In this document: positions 1 through 9,634 of the stretch, piece after piece
Layout: every line of letters starts with the position of its first letter
Numbering within the stretch: position 1 is the first letter of the stretch
Origin: Tolypothrix carrinoi HA7290-LM1
GTDB taxonomy: Bacteria; Cyanobacteriota; Cyanobacteriia; Cyanobacteriales; Nostocaceae
Length of the DNA stretch: 26,996 nt
NCBI GenBank assembly: GCA_019358935.1
Contig: JAHHIK010000111.1
Span: 1-26,996 of the forward strand
Direction: 5' to 3'
Notes under the pieces: model-generated
What the model was told of the DNA's origin: nothing
Seen by the model: the letters and a program-made list of their open reading frames with translations, nothing else
Databases searched by the model: none
Made by a program: the position numbers and the translations under genes

Positions 1-362
<362 letters not shown>

Positions 363-373
363 TTTTTAAACCT

Positions 374-402
374 GTAGAGACGTGACGATGGAACGTCTGT
401 AC
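374..402. repeat. GTAG-type REP-like hairpin
   Basis: GTAGAGACG-N11-CGTCTGTAC imperfect palindrome; related hairpins at 16141-16168 and 26719-26744. Confidence 0.6.
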
Positions 403-411
403 GATAATGTG

Positions 412-445
412 AAAAGCGCCTCCCGAATTTCGGGGGGCGCTTTTT
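412..445. terminator. Rho-independent terminator, probably bidirectional
   Basis: AAAAGCGCCTCCCGAA-T-TTCGGGGGGCGCTTTTT GC-rich stem with A/T tails, between convergent psbA and methyltransferase genes. Confidence 0.85.
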
Positions 446-469
446 AAGCGATAAATCGCTTACTACGAG

Positions 470-1093
470 CTATTTTCTCGCTTTGATTAATTGTAAACTT
501 CCACCCGCAGTCAAAGTGCGATCGCATTCCCGAAATCCTGTCTCTGTCAACAATCCAGGCAAATCGGTTTTCAACAACTGCCAAGCTGTCTCTGTCTCAA
601 ACAATAGCAAAAATAGCGACAACCCAGGCACAAATAGCGGGTTGGTGGGATTATGAAAATCTACTAATGTAAATACCCCACCTGGTTTCAGCACTCGATA
701 AACTTCTTTAATTATTTGTTGCAATTGCCCAGACTGCATTTCGTGTAAGGCTACACTAGTATGCACAACATCAAACTCATTATCTGCAAACGGCATTTTC
801 TCCGCAAAAGCTTCTACATACTGCGCTTGCGGCACATTCTGCCTTGCTCGTTTTAAAGATAGCGGTGAAGCATCCAGTCCTGTTACATTTTGTGAATATT
901 TGACTAATACTTGCGTTGCTTGACCGCTACCGCAACACAAATCTAAAACTTTAGTATCTGATTCAATCGTTAGCCTGTGCAAAGCAAGCTGTCGAAAACG
1001 CGCTTCACCACCGACGCTTAAAGCCGCCAAGCGGGATATAGCATCATATAACCATTGATAGCGGTAACTCCAATCCCTGAAAATTGTTGCCAT
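470..1093 (-). CDS. Class I SAM-dependent methyltransferase (UbiE/Methyltransf_11-like)
   Basis: Motif I VLDLCCGSG, post-I GLDAS, MPFADNEFDVV and EVYRVLKPGG. ATG at 1093 is preferred over the GTG at 1102. Confidence 0.9.
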   Translation of the reverse strand: MATIFRDWSYRYQWLYDAISRLAALSVGGEARFRQLALHRLTIESDTKVLDLCCGSGQATQVLVKYSQNVTGLDASPLSLKRARQNVPQAQYVEAFAEKMPFADNEFDVVHTSVALHEMQSGQLQQIIKEVYRVLKPGGVFTLVDFHNPTNPLFVPGLSLFLLLFETETAWQLLKTDLPGLLTETGFRECDRTLTAGGSLQLIKARK

Positions 1094-1186
1094 TGTCTCC
1101 ACCCTTGCCGTTAGCCTTTATATTGAATAAAGATATATTGTTAACATTAGTAAAAAATCTGAAAAAATTGGGGGACTGTAATTGCT

Positions 1187-2350
1187 ATGGATCGTGTAGG
1201 CGTTTTATTACTCAATCTGGGCGGTCCAGATAAATTGGAAGATGTTGGACCGTTTCTGTATAACCTGTTTTCCGATCCAGAAATTATTCGCCTACCCTTT
1301 AGCTGGTTGCAAAGACCCCTGGCATGGTTGATTGCGTCAAGGCGAACCCAAAAATCTCAAGAAAACTACAAGCAAATTGGCGGTGGTTCTCCATTGCGGC
1401 GGATTACCGAAGCGCAAGGAGAAGCCTTAAAAGAACAATTGCAAGCTTTGGGGCAAGAAGCGAACATATATGTAGGAATGCGTTACTGGCATCCTTACAC
1501 CGAAGAAGCGATCGCTCAACTTACTCAAGACAACATCGAACATCTAGTAATTCTACCTCTTTATCCCCAATTTTCCATCAGTACCAGTGGTTCCAGCTTT
1601 CGGCTGTTAGATAAACTCTGGCAACAAGACCCAAAACTTCAGCGGATTGAATACAAGGTCATTCCCTCTTGGTACAAACAACCAAGCTATCTGCAAGCAA
1701 TGGCAGAACTGATAGCTCAGGAACTCGATCAATTTCCGAATCCCGACTCTGTTCATATATTCTTCAGCGCTCATGGTGTTCCCAAAAACTACGTTGAAGA
1801 AGCAGGTGACCCCTACCAGCAAGAAATTGAGGAATGTACTGCCTTAATCATGCAGACCCTCAATCGACCAAATGAACACACCTTAGCTTACCAAAGTCGC
1901 GTCGGTCCGGTAGAATGGCTGCAACCTTACACTGAAGACGCGCTTGCAGAACTAGGCGCAACAGGCGTGAAAGATTTGGTCGTTGTACCTATCAGTTTTG
2001 TCTCAGAACACATTGAGACATTACAAGAAATTGATATTGAGTATCGGGAAGTAGCAGAAGAGTCGGGAATTGAAAACTTCCGGCGCGTACCTGCTCCCAA
2101 CACCCATCCAATGTTTATTAGAGCTTTGGCAGATTTAGTTCTAGATGCACTCGAATCTCCGAGTCTGAAGCTTTCACAAGTCTATCAGATGAAGAAAAAG
2201 GTGAGAATTTATCCACCAGAGCGTTGGGAGTGGGGTATGACTACTAGCGCCGAAGTTTGGAATGGTCGTATCGCCATGCTTGGCTTTATTGCCTTAGTTC
2301 TTGAGTTAATTACTGGTCGCGGTCTGTTGCACATGATAGGTATTTTGTAA
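1187..2350 (+). CDS. hemH: Ferrochelatase with C-terminal CAB/HLIP-like domain
   Basis: LLNLGGP, IGGGSPL, LYPQFS, FSAHGVP, YQSRVGP.EWL.P and [11 protein letters not shown] motifs. C-terminal [13 protein letters not shown] is the CAB motif typical of cyanobacterial ferrochelatase. Confidence 0.98.
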   Translation: MDRVGVLLLNLGGPDKLEDVGPFLYNLFSDPEIIRLPFSWLQRPLAWLIASRRTQKSQENYKQIGGGSPLRRITEAQGEALKEQLQALGQEANIYVGMRYWHPYTEEAIAQLTQDNIEHLVILPLYPQFSISTSGSSFRLLDKLWQQDPKLQRIEYKVIPSWYKQPSYLQAMAELIAQELDQFPNPDSVHIFFSAHGVPKNYVEEAGDPYQQEIEECTALIMQTLNRPNEHTLAYQSRVGPVEWLQPYTEDALAELGATGVKDLVVVPISFVSEHIETLQEIDIEYREVAEESGIENFRRVPAPNTHPMFIRALADLVLDALESPSLKLSQVYQMKKKVRIYPPERWEWGMTTSAEVWNGRIAMLGFIALVLELITGRGLLHMIGIL

Positions 2351-2493
2351 AACATAAGATATAAAAGGTAAAAATTGCCTATTAAGGCGTGTCTTCAAAG
2401 TCCAAAAGCCTTCAGGCTGTCCACCCTTGGCGTTCTGTGAAGGGTAGCCTGAGGCTATACAAACAAGGAACACGAAAGTGGGCTAAAACCAGA

Positions 2494-3447
2494 TTAATAG
2501 CCTAGTTTTTTATCTATAATATTGCAAAGAGGCATTCCTGCTCTATACCTATTAAAGTTATCCAAAAACAGTGCCACTAACCGCTGTCGCACTTGTGGAG
2601 ATGTTCCAGCACAGTGAGGTGTCACAAAAACATTGGGCAGTGTCCAAAATGGACTTTCATGTGGCAATGGCTCAGTAAAAAAAGTGTCTAATGCTGCCCC
2701 CCCAATCCAGCCTTCAGTTAAAGCCTTTAACAAAGCTGCTTCATCTACTACTGCACCTCTGGCGACATTGATCAGGTAAGCATGAGAACTCATAGCACGC
2801 AATGCTGATTCATCAATCATGCCTTTAGTTTCTGAAGTTAAGGGTATAGCAATCACCACATAATCTGCCAACGGCAGCAGAGAACGCCACTGATCCAAAC
2901 CCACCACCCGATCAAACTCTGGTAGTGGCTGGGGATGACGGCGAGTGCCTAAAACTTTCATCCCGAAGGCTTTAGCTCTGTGGGCAATTGCGATACCGAC
3001 ACTACCAGTACCAATAATTAACAAAGTTCTGCTCATCAACTCTTGCAGTTGTAATCCTTTAATCCAATTGCGTTGATGCTGTAAAGTTTGCAACGCTGCT
3101 ATCTGTTTCGTATGGTAGAGCATGAAGGTTAACACGAATTCAGCAACAGCAACAGCATTAACCCCAGCGCTACTGGTGAGAATAATATTGTGTTCTAGAA
3201 AAGTTGGTGTCAGTATATGATTGACACCTGCACTAACTGTATGGTGCCAGCGCAGTGTGGGTGCTGCCGCTAGTACCTTATGCAGAGTAGTTCTCTTCAG
3301 ATAAAACCAGTTGATGTAAACTTCAGCATCCTTGGCATCGCCATCAAAATTGCCCTCACTATCGACACGCACTACTAGTACGTCAGGAGGTAAATGGGGT
3401 TCAATATCAGCAGCTAGTTCTACAGGCAGAATTAGTTTTAAAATCAT
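2494..3447 (-). CDS. D-2-hydroxyacid dehydrogenase family protein
   Basis: Rossmann motif IIGTGSVG, PLTSETKGMI, and catalytic motifs NVARG, EPL and TPH. Appears intact. Confidence 0.93.
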   Translation of the reverse strand: MILKLILPVELAADIEPHLPPDVLVVRVDSEGNFDGDAKDAEVYINWFYLKRTTLHKVLAAAPTLRWHHTVSAGVNHILTPTFLEHNIILTSSAGVNAVAVAEFVLTFMLYHTKQIAALQTLQHQRNWIKGLQLQELMSRTLLIIGTGSVGIAIAHRAKAFGMKVLGTRRHPQPLPEFDRVVGLDQWRSLLPLADYVVIAIPLTSETKGMIDESALRAMSSHAYLINVARGAVVDEAALLKALTEGWIGGAALDTFFTEPLPHESPFWTLPNVFVTPHCAGTSPQVRQRLVALFLDNFNRYRAGMPLCNIIDKKLGY

Positions 3448-3659
3448 ACAGATAAAAGTTTCAAGCGATTGTTTTCTGTACTGAAAAGCCGCTTCCTAAA
3501 TTTAGTGAGCTACAAATAAGAAAGATTGGAACTGTAAAAAGTTGAAAGTTTCTAACCTTTTTAAAGCCTATGCTTACACATAATTTAATATGGTAATCGG
3601 CTTATGAGACTATATAAGCCATATTGTGACGACACTTCCCAAGCTTTGACCTTGCCAGA

Positions 3660-4421
3660 TTATTTGAAGATAAAAAAATAGCAGGTCATTACAAAGCCAA
3701 CCATAATAATAAAGTACCTTACTAGGGAAGGCTTAAGATATTGGGCATAGTAAGCTCCACTGTAGCCACCGACAACTGTTCCCAGCATCATCAAAACTGC
3801 TTGTGGCCAAGCTACGATATTGGCAACTATGAAAGTAACGATCGCAAAGCTGTCAATGCAACTCATTAGCAGTATCTTCAGGGCATTCATCTTGTGAATA
3901 TTGTTTATACCGAGTATTCCTAAGACCGCCAATATTAAAAAGCTCATCCCTCCACCGTAAAATCCTCCATAGAGAGCAATTAAAAACTGAATTAACAATA
4001 CCTTGAACAGCGAATGCCCAGAGCCTTGACTTACCTGTAGTAAATTAATTTGCAAGCGAGTTGTGATTGAATCACTGAAGGTAAACAGTAGTGTTGCTAA
4101 CAGCAAAAGCCAGGGAACAAGACGCTCAAAGGAACTATTGGGGGTGGAAAGCAGCAACATTGCACCAAGCATCCCGCCTACAAGGCTAATGCTGCCCATA
4201 AGTAAAGATACCCGCCACTGAGATTGGAACTCTTGGCGATAGACATAAATACTGGCAAGATACCCCGGCAATGATACAACTGTAGTTGTGGCGTTAGCGC
4301 TCATGGATGGTAAACCAGCGATTAAAAGGGCGGGGAAGATAACCAAACCACCGCCACCAGCAACCGAGTTCAGCGCACCCCCCAGCATTGCGACGACAAA
4401 TAGAAAACAATTATTTAGCAA
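3660..4421 (-). CDS. TauE/SafE family (sulfite exporter-like) membrane protein
   Basis: LNSVAGGGGL..FPAL and YGGFYGGGM motifs, with about 8 hydrophobic segments. Confidence 0.9.
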   Translation of the reverse strand: MLNNCFLFVVAMLGGALNSVAGGGGLVIFPALLIAGLPSMSANATTTVVSLPGYLASIYVYRQEFQSQWRVSLLMGSISLVGGMLGAMLLLSTPNSSFERLVPWLLLLATLLFTFSDSITTRLQINLLQVSQGSGHSLFKVLLIQFLIALYGGFYGGGMSFLILAVLGILGINNIHKMNALKILLMSCIDSFAIVTFIVANIVAWPQAVLMMLGTVVGGYSGAYYAQYLKPSLVRYFIIMVGFVMTCYFFIFK

Positions 4422-4438
4422 GGAGTAATTCCTTAAAC

Positions 4439-5210
4439 CTACAAAAAGTCAGGTTCTTGACGCACAATCATCTGGTACAAAGGTTGAAAGCTCAACCAAC
4501 CTGACTGATGCGTCCCAACTTGGCTACGTGTTAAACGAGCCGTGTCCGGGTCTATTAGAATGGGAGTACCAGCTGCCTCTGCCATCAACTGTGCCTGACA
4601 GCAGATTTCCATTCTGATAAACCACCAAGCAGCTTCATCGATTGAGTGACCGACAGTAAGCAGACCGTGGTTGCGTAGAATCACAGCCTTATGATGCACT
4701 CTTTGCATCAGCAATCCTTTTGCCTTCTTCCAGCGCTAAAACTACCCCAGTATAGTCATTAAACAGACTGTGATCTTCATAAAAGGCACAAGCATCCTGA
4801 GTGATGGGATCAAGGAGACGACCAAGACTAGACCAGGTTTTACCATAAATTGAATGCGCGTGTGCCACTGCGATCGCATCAGGACGGGCTGCATGAATTT
4901 GAGAGTGAATTGCAAAAGCAGCCTGATTAATTGGGTTATTGCCCTCAATTATCTTACCTTGGTGATTGACCATAATCAGGTCACTAGCCCGAATCAGACT
5001 GAAATGCATTGCCAAGGGATTGACCCAGAAGCAATCCAGATGTTCCGGATCGCGGACGGTAATGTGACCCGCAATGCCATGATCAAATCCAAACCGGGCA
5101 AAAAGGCGAAAAGCTGCTGCTAAACGTTGCTTTTGATCGCGACGTTCTTCTGCAAAAGAACTAAATGTGGGGGGTTGAATAATTGATGGAGAGCTGTTTG
5201 CAATCAGCAT
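4439..5210 (-). pseudogene. Class II aldolase/adducin family protein, frameshifted
   Basis: ORF 4689-5210 (GHITVRDP, AFAIHSQIH, AHAHS) continues into ORF 4439-4714 (HKAVILRNHGLLTVG) after a frameshift near 4695-4704. Confidence 0.9.
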
Positions 5211-5234
5211 GTATTTTTCCTATATCTTAAATAT

Positions 5235-6704
5235 TTACTCTTCATTAATAGGAGATTTCCACCATGAGAAAGCCCCTAAAATTACTGCAACTATAAGGAT
5301 GACTGCGGCAAGACGAAAAGTAGTCTGCGCTCCTATAATCAATGCCTCAATCGGTGCAGTTGTCAGATCAACCTGAATGGAAAGTCGAGTATTAGCCAGG
5401 GTCAAGCTGGAAAATAGCGTTCCCATAATTGCCAGACCTATAGTTTGACCTAAATTCCCCGACAAAGACACCAAACTCGAAGAAATACCTAACTTATCCT
5501 GGCTCATCGCTGCCATCACAACACTAATGTTAGACGGTATAAACATCCCAGTTCCTAGCCCATAGGGTGCAATCCGTAGAATGTATCCATATACAGTTAA
5601 ATCCCTGTTAAAGGTGCTGATTGCCAAGCATCCGCTTGCTATCAATAACAGCCCAATTAAACGGATAGTATAAGGTCTAAAATTGTCAGACAGAATACCA
5701 GCAATGGGAGATATTAATCCTCCTAAAATGGGTGATGTTGCTAATAAAAGACCAATCTCAAAGCTAGGATATTGCTTCACTAATTCCAGGAAGAAAGGAA
5801 TAATAAACATAATACCTGCAAGAAAAGCATATACTATTAAACTTAGTAATAAACCTAAACTTACCTGTAAATTTTGAAAAATCTTTAGGTCGATCATCGG
5901 GTCTGATACGCGAGATTCTACCACTAAAAACAATATTAGGCTGACCACTGCAAAGATGAGCAAAGTCAATGTTGCTGTACTGCTGAATCCGTCTGTTTGG
6001 ACGAGTGTCATGCCGAGTGAAAAGCAAGTCAGCGTTATTGCCATAATTAGTGCCCCAATAACATCAAATCTTTGTTTGACTTCACTGTTAACTAAAGATG
6101 GTACGAAAAGGGCAACAGTTAAACTCACAACTATGCCAATTGGCAAGTTTATAAAAAATATTAGACACCAGCCTCCTAGACTCATTAGAAATTCTCCTAC
6201 CGTGGGTCTTAGTGCAACTCCTAGTAAGTGAATGCCACTTATAATCCCCACTGCCCGTTGTCGCTCATCACTAGGGAAAACTTCTGCAATAATCGCTAGT
6301 CCGAGTACCGAAATCAACACAGCACCAAGTCCCTGAAGCACTCTAAAACCAATTAAAAATTCTACTTCAGTGGCAAGTCCGCACATTAAAGAACTGATGG
6401 TGAATAGGCTCACTCCAATAAGGTACAACCACTTCTTGTTCCACATATCCCCCAATCTTCCTGCACCCAGAACCATCACAGTGAGCGTTAGTAGATAACT
6501 TAGGACAACCCATCGGATGGTGGCAGAATCAGTATGGAATGCTTCAACTAATTGAGGCAGGGCAATGTTGACAATATATACATCCAACGCAAACATTAGC
6601 GTACCCATGCCAATGCCTAGCATTGTCAACCATTTTTGTAATGCTGTTTGTCGAAATTCATCAGTGTAAAACTTAATCAAGTTAATAGCTTTAAGATGTA
6701 GCAC
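5235..6704 (-). CDS. MFS transporter, DHA2/EmrB-QacA (14-TM) type
   Basis: LDVYIVNIALP, GRLGDMWNKK (motif A), FRVLQGLG and IFFINLPIG. The probable start is the GTG at 6704, preceded by AGGAG, rather than the TTG at 6785. Confidence 0.88.
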   Translation of the reverse strand: MLHLKAINLIKFYTDEFRQTALQKWLTMLGIGMGTLMFALDVYIVNIALPQLVEAFHTDSATIRWVVLSYLLTLTVMVLGAGRLGDMWNKKWLYLIGVSLFTISSLMCGLATEVEFLIGFRVLQGLGAVLISVLGLAIIAEVFPSDERQRAVGIISGIHLLGVALRPTVGEFLMSLGGWCLIFFINLPIGIVVSLTVALFVPSLVNSEVKQRFDVIGALIMAITLTCFSLGMTLVQTDGFSSTATLTLLIFAVVSLILFLVVESRVSDPMIDLKIFQNLQVSLGLLLSLIVYAFLAGIMFIIPFFLELVKQYPSFEIGLLLATSPILGGLISPIAGILSDNFRPYTIRLIGLLLIASGCLAISTFNRDLTVYGYILRIAPYGLGTGMFIPSNISVVMAAMSQDKLGISSSLVSLSGNLGQTIGLAIMGTLFSSLTLANTRLSIQVDLTTAPIEALIIGAQTTFRLAAVILIVAVILGAFSWWKSPINEE

Positions 6705-6810
6705 GTTTCCTGCTCCTAATGGGACATTTCCAGATGGCTTTCTGATAACAAACACAGATATTTTGCACCCATCAAGATAATTCAAGATAATTAGAACTTA
6801 CTACATTTTT

Positions 6811-7467
6811 TTATTTGTTAATGATCTTAAATTCGGCATTGGGAAAAAGTTGCTTGAGTAGGGGAAGACGAAAAGCATCAATTGATGCTTTTAACAACCA
6901 AGGTTTGCTGCTAATTTCTTCTGGGCTAGGACGACGACGAGGTTTGAGAACAATAAAGGGAGGCTCTTCAATACAAAAGTGGGGATTCGGTGGACCTTCT
7001 GGATAACTAATATTTGGGAAGTATGGCTTTAGTAAAGATGGTTTAAGGTCGTAATAAAAGGGATTAAATTCCGGGTAAAAAATTGATAATGATTCTAGAA
7101 TTTTAATCAAAAATCTGGATGAATCCCATTTTTAATTTTCTTGAAAATATTCTCTACAACATTCTTCGATGTGCCAGTAATACTGCTGGGCTGATAAAGC
7201 TAACTGTGGCCATTGCATGGGTAGCCTTAAAGCGAGAAGTTGACTGAATTATTTCAATTCTTCTTGCCCATAAATTACTTTCTCAGATCCCACGCATACA
7301 TCTGATATAAAATCTCTGGATAAATTATCAAATTTTTCACTCTTTATATTGGGTATTCCTAAGTAGTCTGATTGATAATTGTGAAAAGTAAAACTGTAGC
7401 CATTGAGTTTATAATAAGCCGTATGTTCTCCATTTAAAGAGAGCAACTGTTCGCTCTGACTGAGGAC
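6811..7467 (-). pseudogene. Sulfotransferase family remnant
   Basis: One reading frame from 7467 to 6811 with two in-frame TAA stops (7249-7251, 7132-7134). It reads LLSLNGEHTAYYKLNG...LRLPMQWP...IEEPPF...LLKASIDAFRLPLLKQLFPNAEFKII; the K...R...L..LFP.A.F.I pattern resembles Sulfotransfer_3 proteins. Both ends are missing. Confidence 0.65.
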
Positions 7468-7860
7468 ACGATCCGCTTTGCTAAAGCCCAAATCCTTGGT
7501 CAAAAACTGACGAACTATATCGCCATCTAATTTTTCAATTTTATATCCTTCGCTTGTTAAGGCGTGTTCAACCACTTGAGAAATGGTAGTTTTACAAAAA
7601 AACAGGGTGTGGGGTGTTGGGTGTTGGGTGTAGGGGTTTAAATAAAAACTTACTTTGTGGGTTTAAAGCTCAGTTTAAAAAAAGATGTTTTTCGAGACGC
7701 AAAGCGCGAGAAAAACAGTGTCCTTGTTACAATCCCACGTTTTAAAACGTGGGTTCCCCACACCCCACACCCTAACCATGCAACCCTACACCCTTTGAAC
7801 TGCACCACTTAAGCCTGTAAACCAGACCGTCATCCCAGAACAATCTTTAGCTTGATTCAT
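7468..7860 (-). pseudogene. cysC: Adenylyl-sulfate (APS) kinase N-terminal remnant, interrupted and truncated
   Basis: ATG at 7860 with a GGAGG RBS reads MNQAKDCSGMTVWFTGLSGA, then a 204-bp insertion, then (G)KTTISQVVEHAL...LDGDIVRQFLTKDLGFSKADR. These are canonical CysC motifs. Confidence 0.93.
7596..7799. mobile_element. 204-bp non-coding insertion with inverted heptamer-repeat arms (MITE-like)
   Basis: Removing it restores GGT GCA GGT AAA ACT ACC (GAGKTT). The left arm is GGGTGTG/GGGTGTT/GGGTGTA repeats, the right arm is CCCCACA/CCCTACA repeats, and there is an internal perfect palindrome CCCACGTTTTAAAACGTGGG at 7734-7753. Confidence 0.85.
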
Positions 7861-7989
7861 AATCTTTGCCTCCAGATAAAGAAATTGCTGCTTAGATTGG
7901 TAAAACACCAATTACCGAAAATTCTCGGTTTTTTCACTCTGACAAAATTTATTGCAATGGATTGAACTATCTATTGCAGTTTATTTGTC

Positions 7990-8116
7990 TAGGACTTACG
8001 CACTGAGATTGCTTCTGTTCTGTTTCAAAGACGCTGCGCGAATGAGACGCTCCGCGAACGCTTCGCTATTGCTGCGATCGCACCGGAAGTAATTCCTTCA
8101 CGATGCCTAAGTCCTA
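7990..8116. mobile_element. MITE-like element with TA-GGACTTACGCA / TGCCTAAGTCC-TA ends
   Basis: 13-bp inverted ends with one mismatch, including flanking TA dinucleotides. The interior carries AGACGCT(G/C)CGCGAA units and a HIP1 site. Confidence 0.7.
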
Positions 8117-9135
8117 TTGTTGTAAGCTACATCGCTGTCTACTCGCCGGAAAAAGATACCAGCTCCGGGAGTCCCTTCTTTCTCTGGTGCATGGAATATG
8201 TGTCCATCAAATACTGAATTATATTGACCCTCTTTGATTACAGAATCGGGTAGCTTTTTCAGTGGTTTGTAGAGATGGTGTTCTTGTCCTTCATGGATAA
8301 TTGGCTCATTGGAAACCGCATTGTATGAACAATGTATCAGGGTTCGAGGTCTGTCAGATTTGTTTGGGTCAGAACCATGTAAAGTGTTGGAGTGAAAGAA
8401 CATTACATCCCCTGGCTCCATCTCACAATAGACAATTCCCAATTTTTCTAATACTTTGGCTATGCGAAATGGATCGGGGCAGTGGGTATCTTTGGTTTCT
8501 CCAATCCGAATTCGGTGAATACGACCCAGCTGATGTGAACCCGGCACCATCTTCACACATCCATTACCTTTGTCACTCTTATCAATCGCAATCGTACAAG
8601 TCACATGATGGGGAAACAAACAACCATCTTTATACCAAGTGGCGTAGTCTTGATGAAAATGCAGTTGTCCATCGTTGGTTAGCTTCCTCACAATTTTCGA
8701 GTGCCAATGATAGCATTCCATTCCCAGCAGCGTCTCAACTGCATCTATCATCCGAGCCATGCGTGGCATGACACCTAACAGACTATCGCCTAATTCCGAA
8801 CACAGTGCAACCTTAAAATATCCACCTGCCTTGTCGTTAACCGTCGTCTGTATACCTCGCATATCCGGATCTTCTTCGCAAGCATTGTGAATCGGCTCGA
8901 TTTATTCAAGGTCAAAGAAGTTACGAATGATGACATATCCATCTCGGTGATACTGAGCAATCTGCTCTGCGGTCAAAGGACGGGTTGTGTGAATTTCTGT
9001 ATCAGGAGTCAATACCACATTATCGCGTGGGTTAGCTTGGTTTTCATTTTTTTCTTTATTTTTGATAGATGTTGTTGAATTTAACGAGAGTCGTTGAGCG
9101 TTCTTCTTATTTCTGTCACTCGTCTTGGCAGCCAT
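8107..9135 (-). pseudogene. Fe(II)/2-oxoglutarate dioxygenase, PhyH (phytanoyl-CoA dioxygenase) family, with an internal nonsense codon
   Basis: ORFs 8902-9135 (LTAEQIAQYHRDGYVIIRNFF) and 8107-8862 (HQD, NGC...PGSH, GDVMFFHSNTLHGS, R) share a frame and are separated by TAA at 8902-8904 (DLE*IEPI). Confidence 0.92.
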
Positions 9136-9297
9136 TGAATATGATTATCCAGTTGATATTTTTAAAACTTATTCAGTCGAATAGTCTCCTGGAACCATCA
9201 AAAAAGACAGCAAGAATAATTTCTCTTTCTTTATGCAAAATTCCTTTAATACTATACACAAAAATTTCATCTTATTTTTGGAAAAAATTTTTTTTTT

Positions 9298-9338
9298 CTT
9301 AACTGTCTTAACTGTCTTAACTGTCTTAACTGTCTTAA
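9298..9338. repeat. 9-bp tandem repeat (CTTAACTGT) x4.5
   Basis: Exact copies at 9298, 9307, 9316 and 9325, and a partial copy at 9334, preceded by a T run. Confidence 0.95.
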
Positions 9339-9634
9339 TTGAAAGAACTTAATCTTTTATATCTTGATAGATTTACTTAGGAATTTTCAGCTAACATTTT
9401 TAATTACTCTAGGCAAAAAAAATCAGGAAACCAAAAAGTGTTTCCGAAGATGCGATCGCTCTACAAAAATTATTCATTAAGGCTTACTATTCTCCGCTCG
9501 CAGTTCGTCTACAGGTAGAAGATTTCAATGCATTAAACGAGTAAAGTCTTAGTTACATAGCTGAAAGACAGGTAAAGATTTTCTCCTACATAATTCAAGC
9601 TGTGCAATATATGTAACTTTACTAAGCAGTAATT

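Noticed and set aside
2230..2350. CAB/HLIP-like tail on ferrochelatase as a novel fusion
   Set aside because: This is a well-known feature of cyanobacterial and plastid ferrochelatases.
2385..2490. Possible IS end or REP remnant between hemH and the sulfation cluster
   Set aside because: Short hairpin-like pieces are visible, but I could not find a matching second terminus or a second copy in the window.
6811..9135. Three in-frame TAA codons as possible stop-codon recoding
   Set aside because: TAA terminates core genes here (psbA, hemH, HIT), and the same cluster has frameshift, deletion and insertion damage, so pseudogenisation is the simpler explanation.
2494..9135. Saxitoxin or cylindrospermopsin cluster
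   Set aside because: Only generic tailoring families are shared. No PKS/NRPS, amidinotransferase or other core genes are visible.
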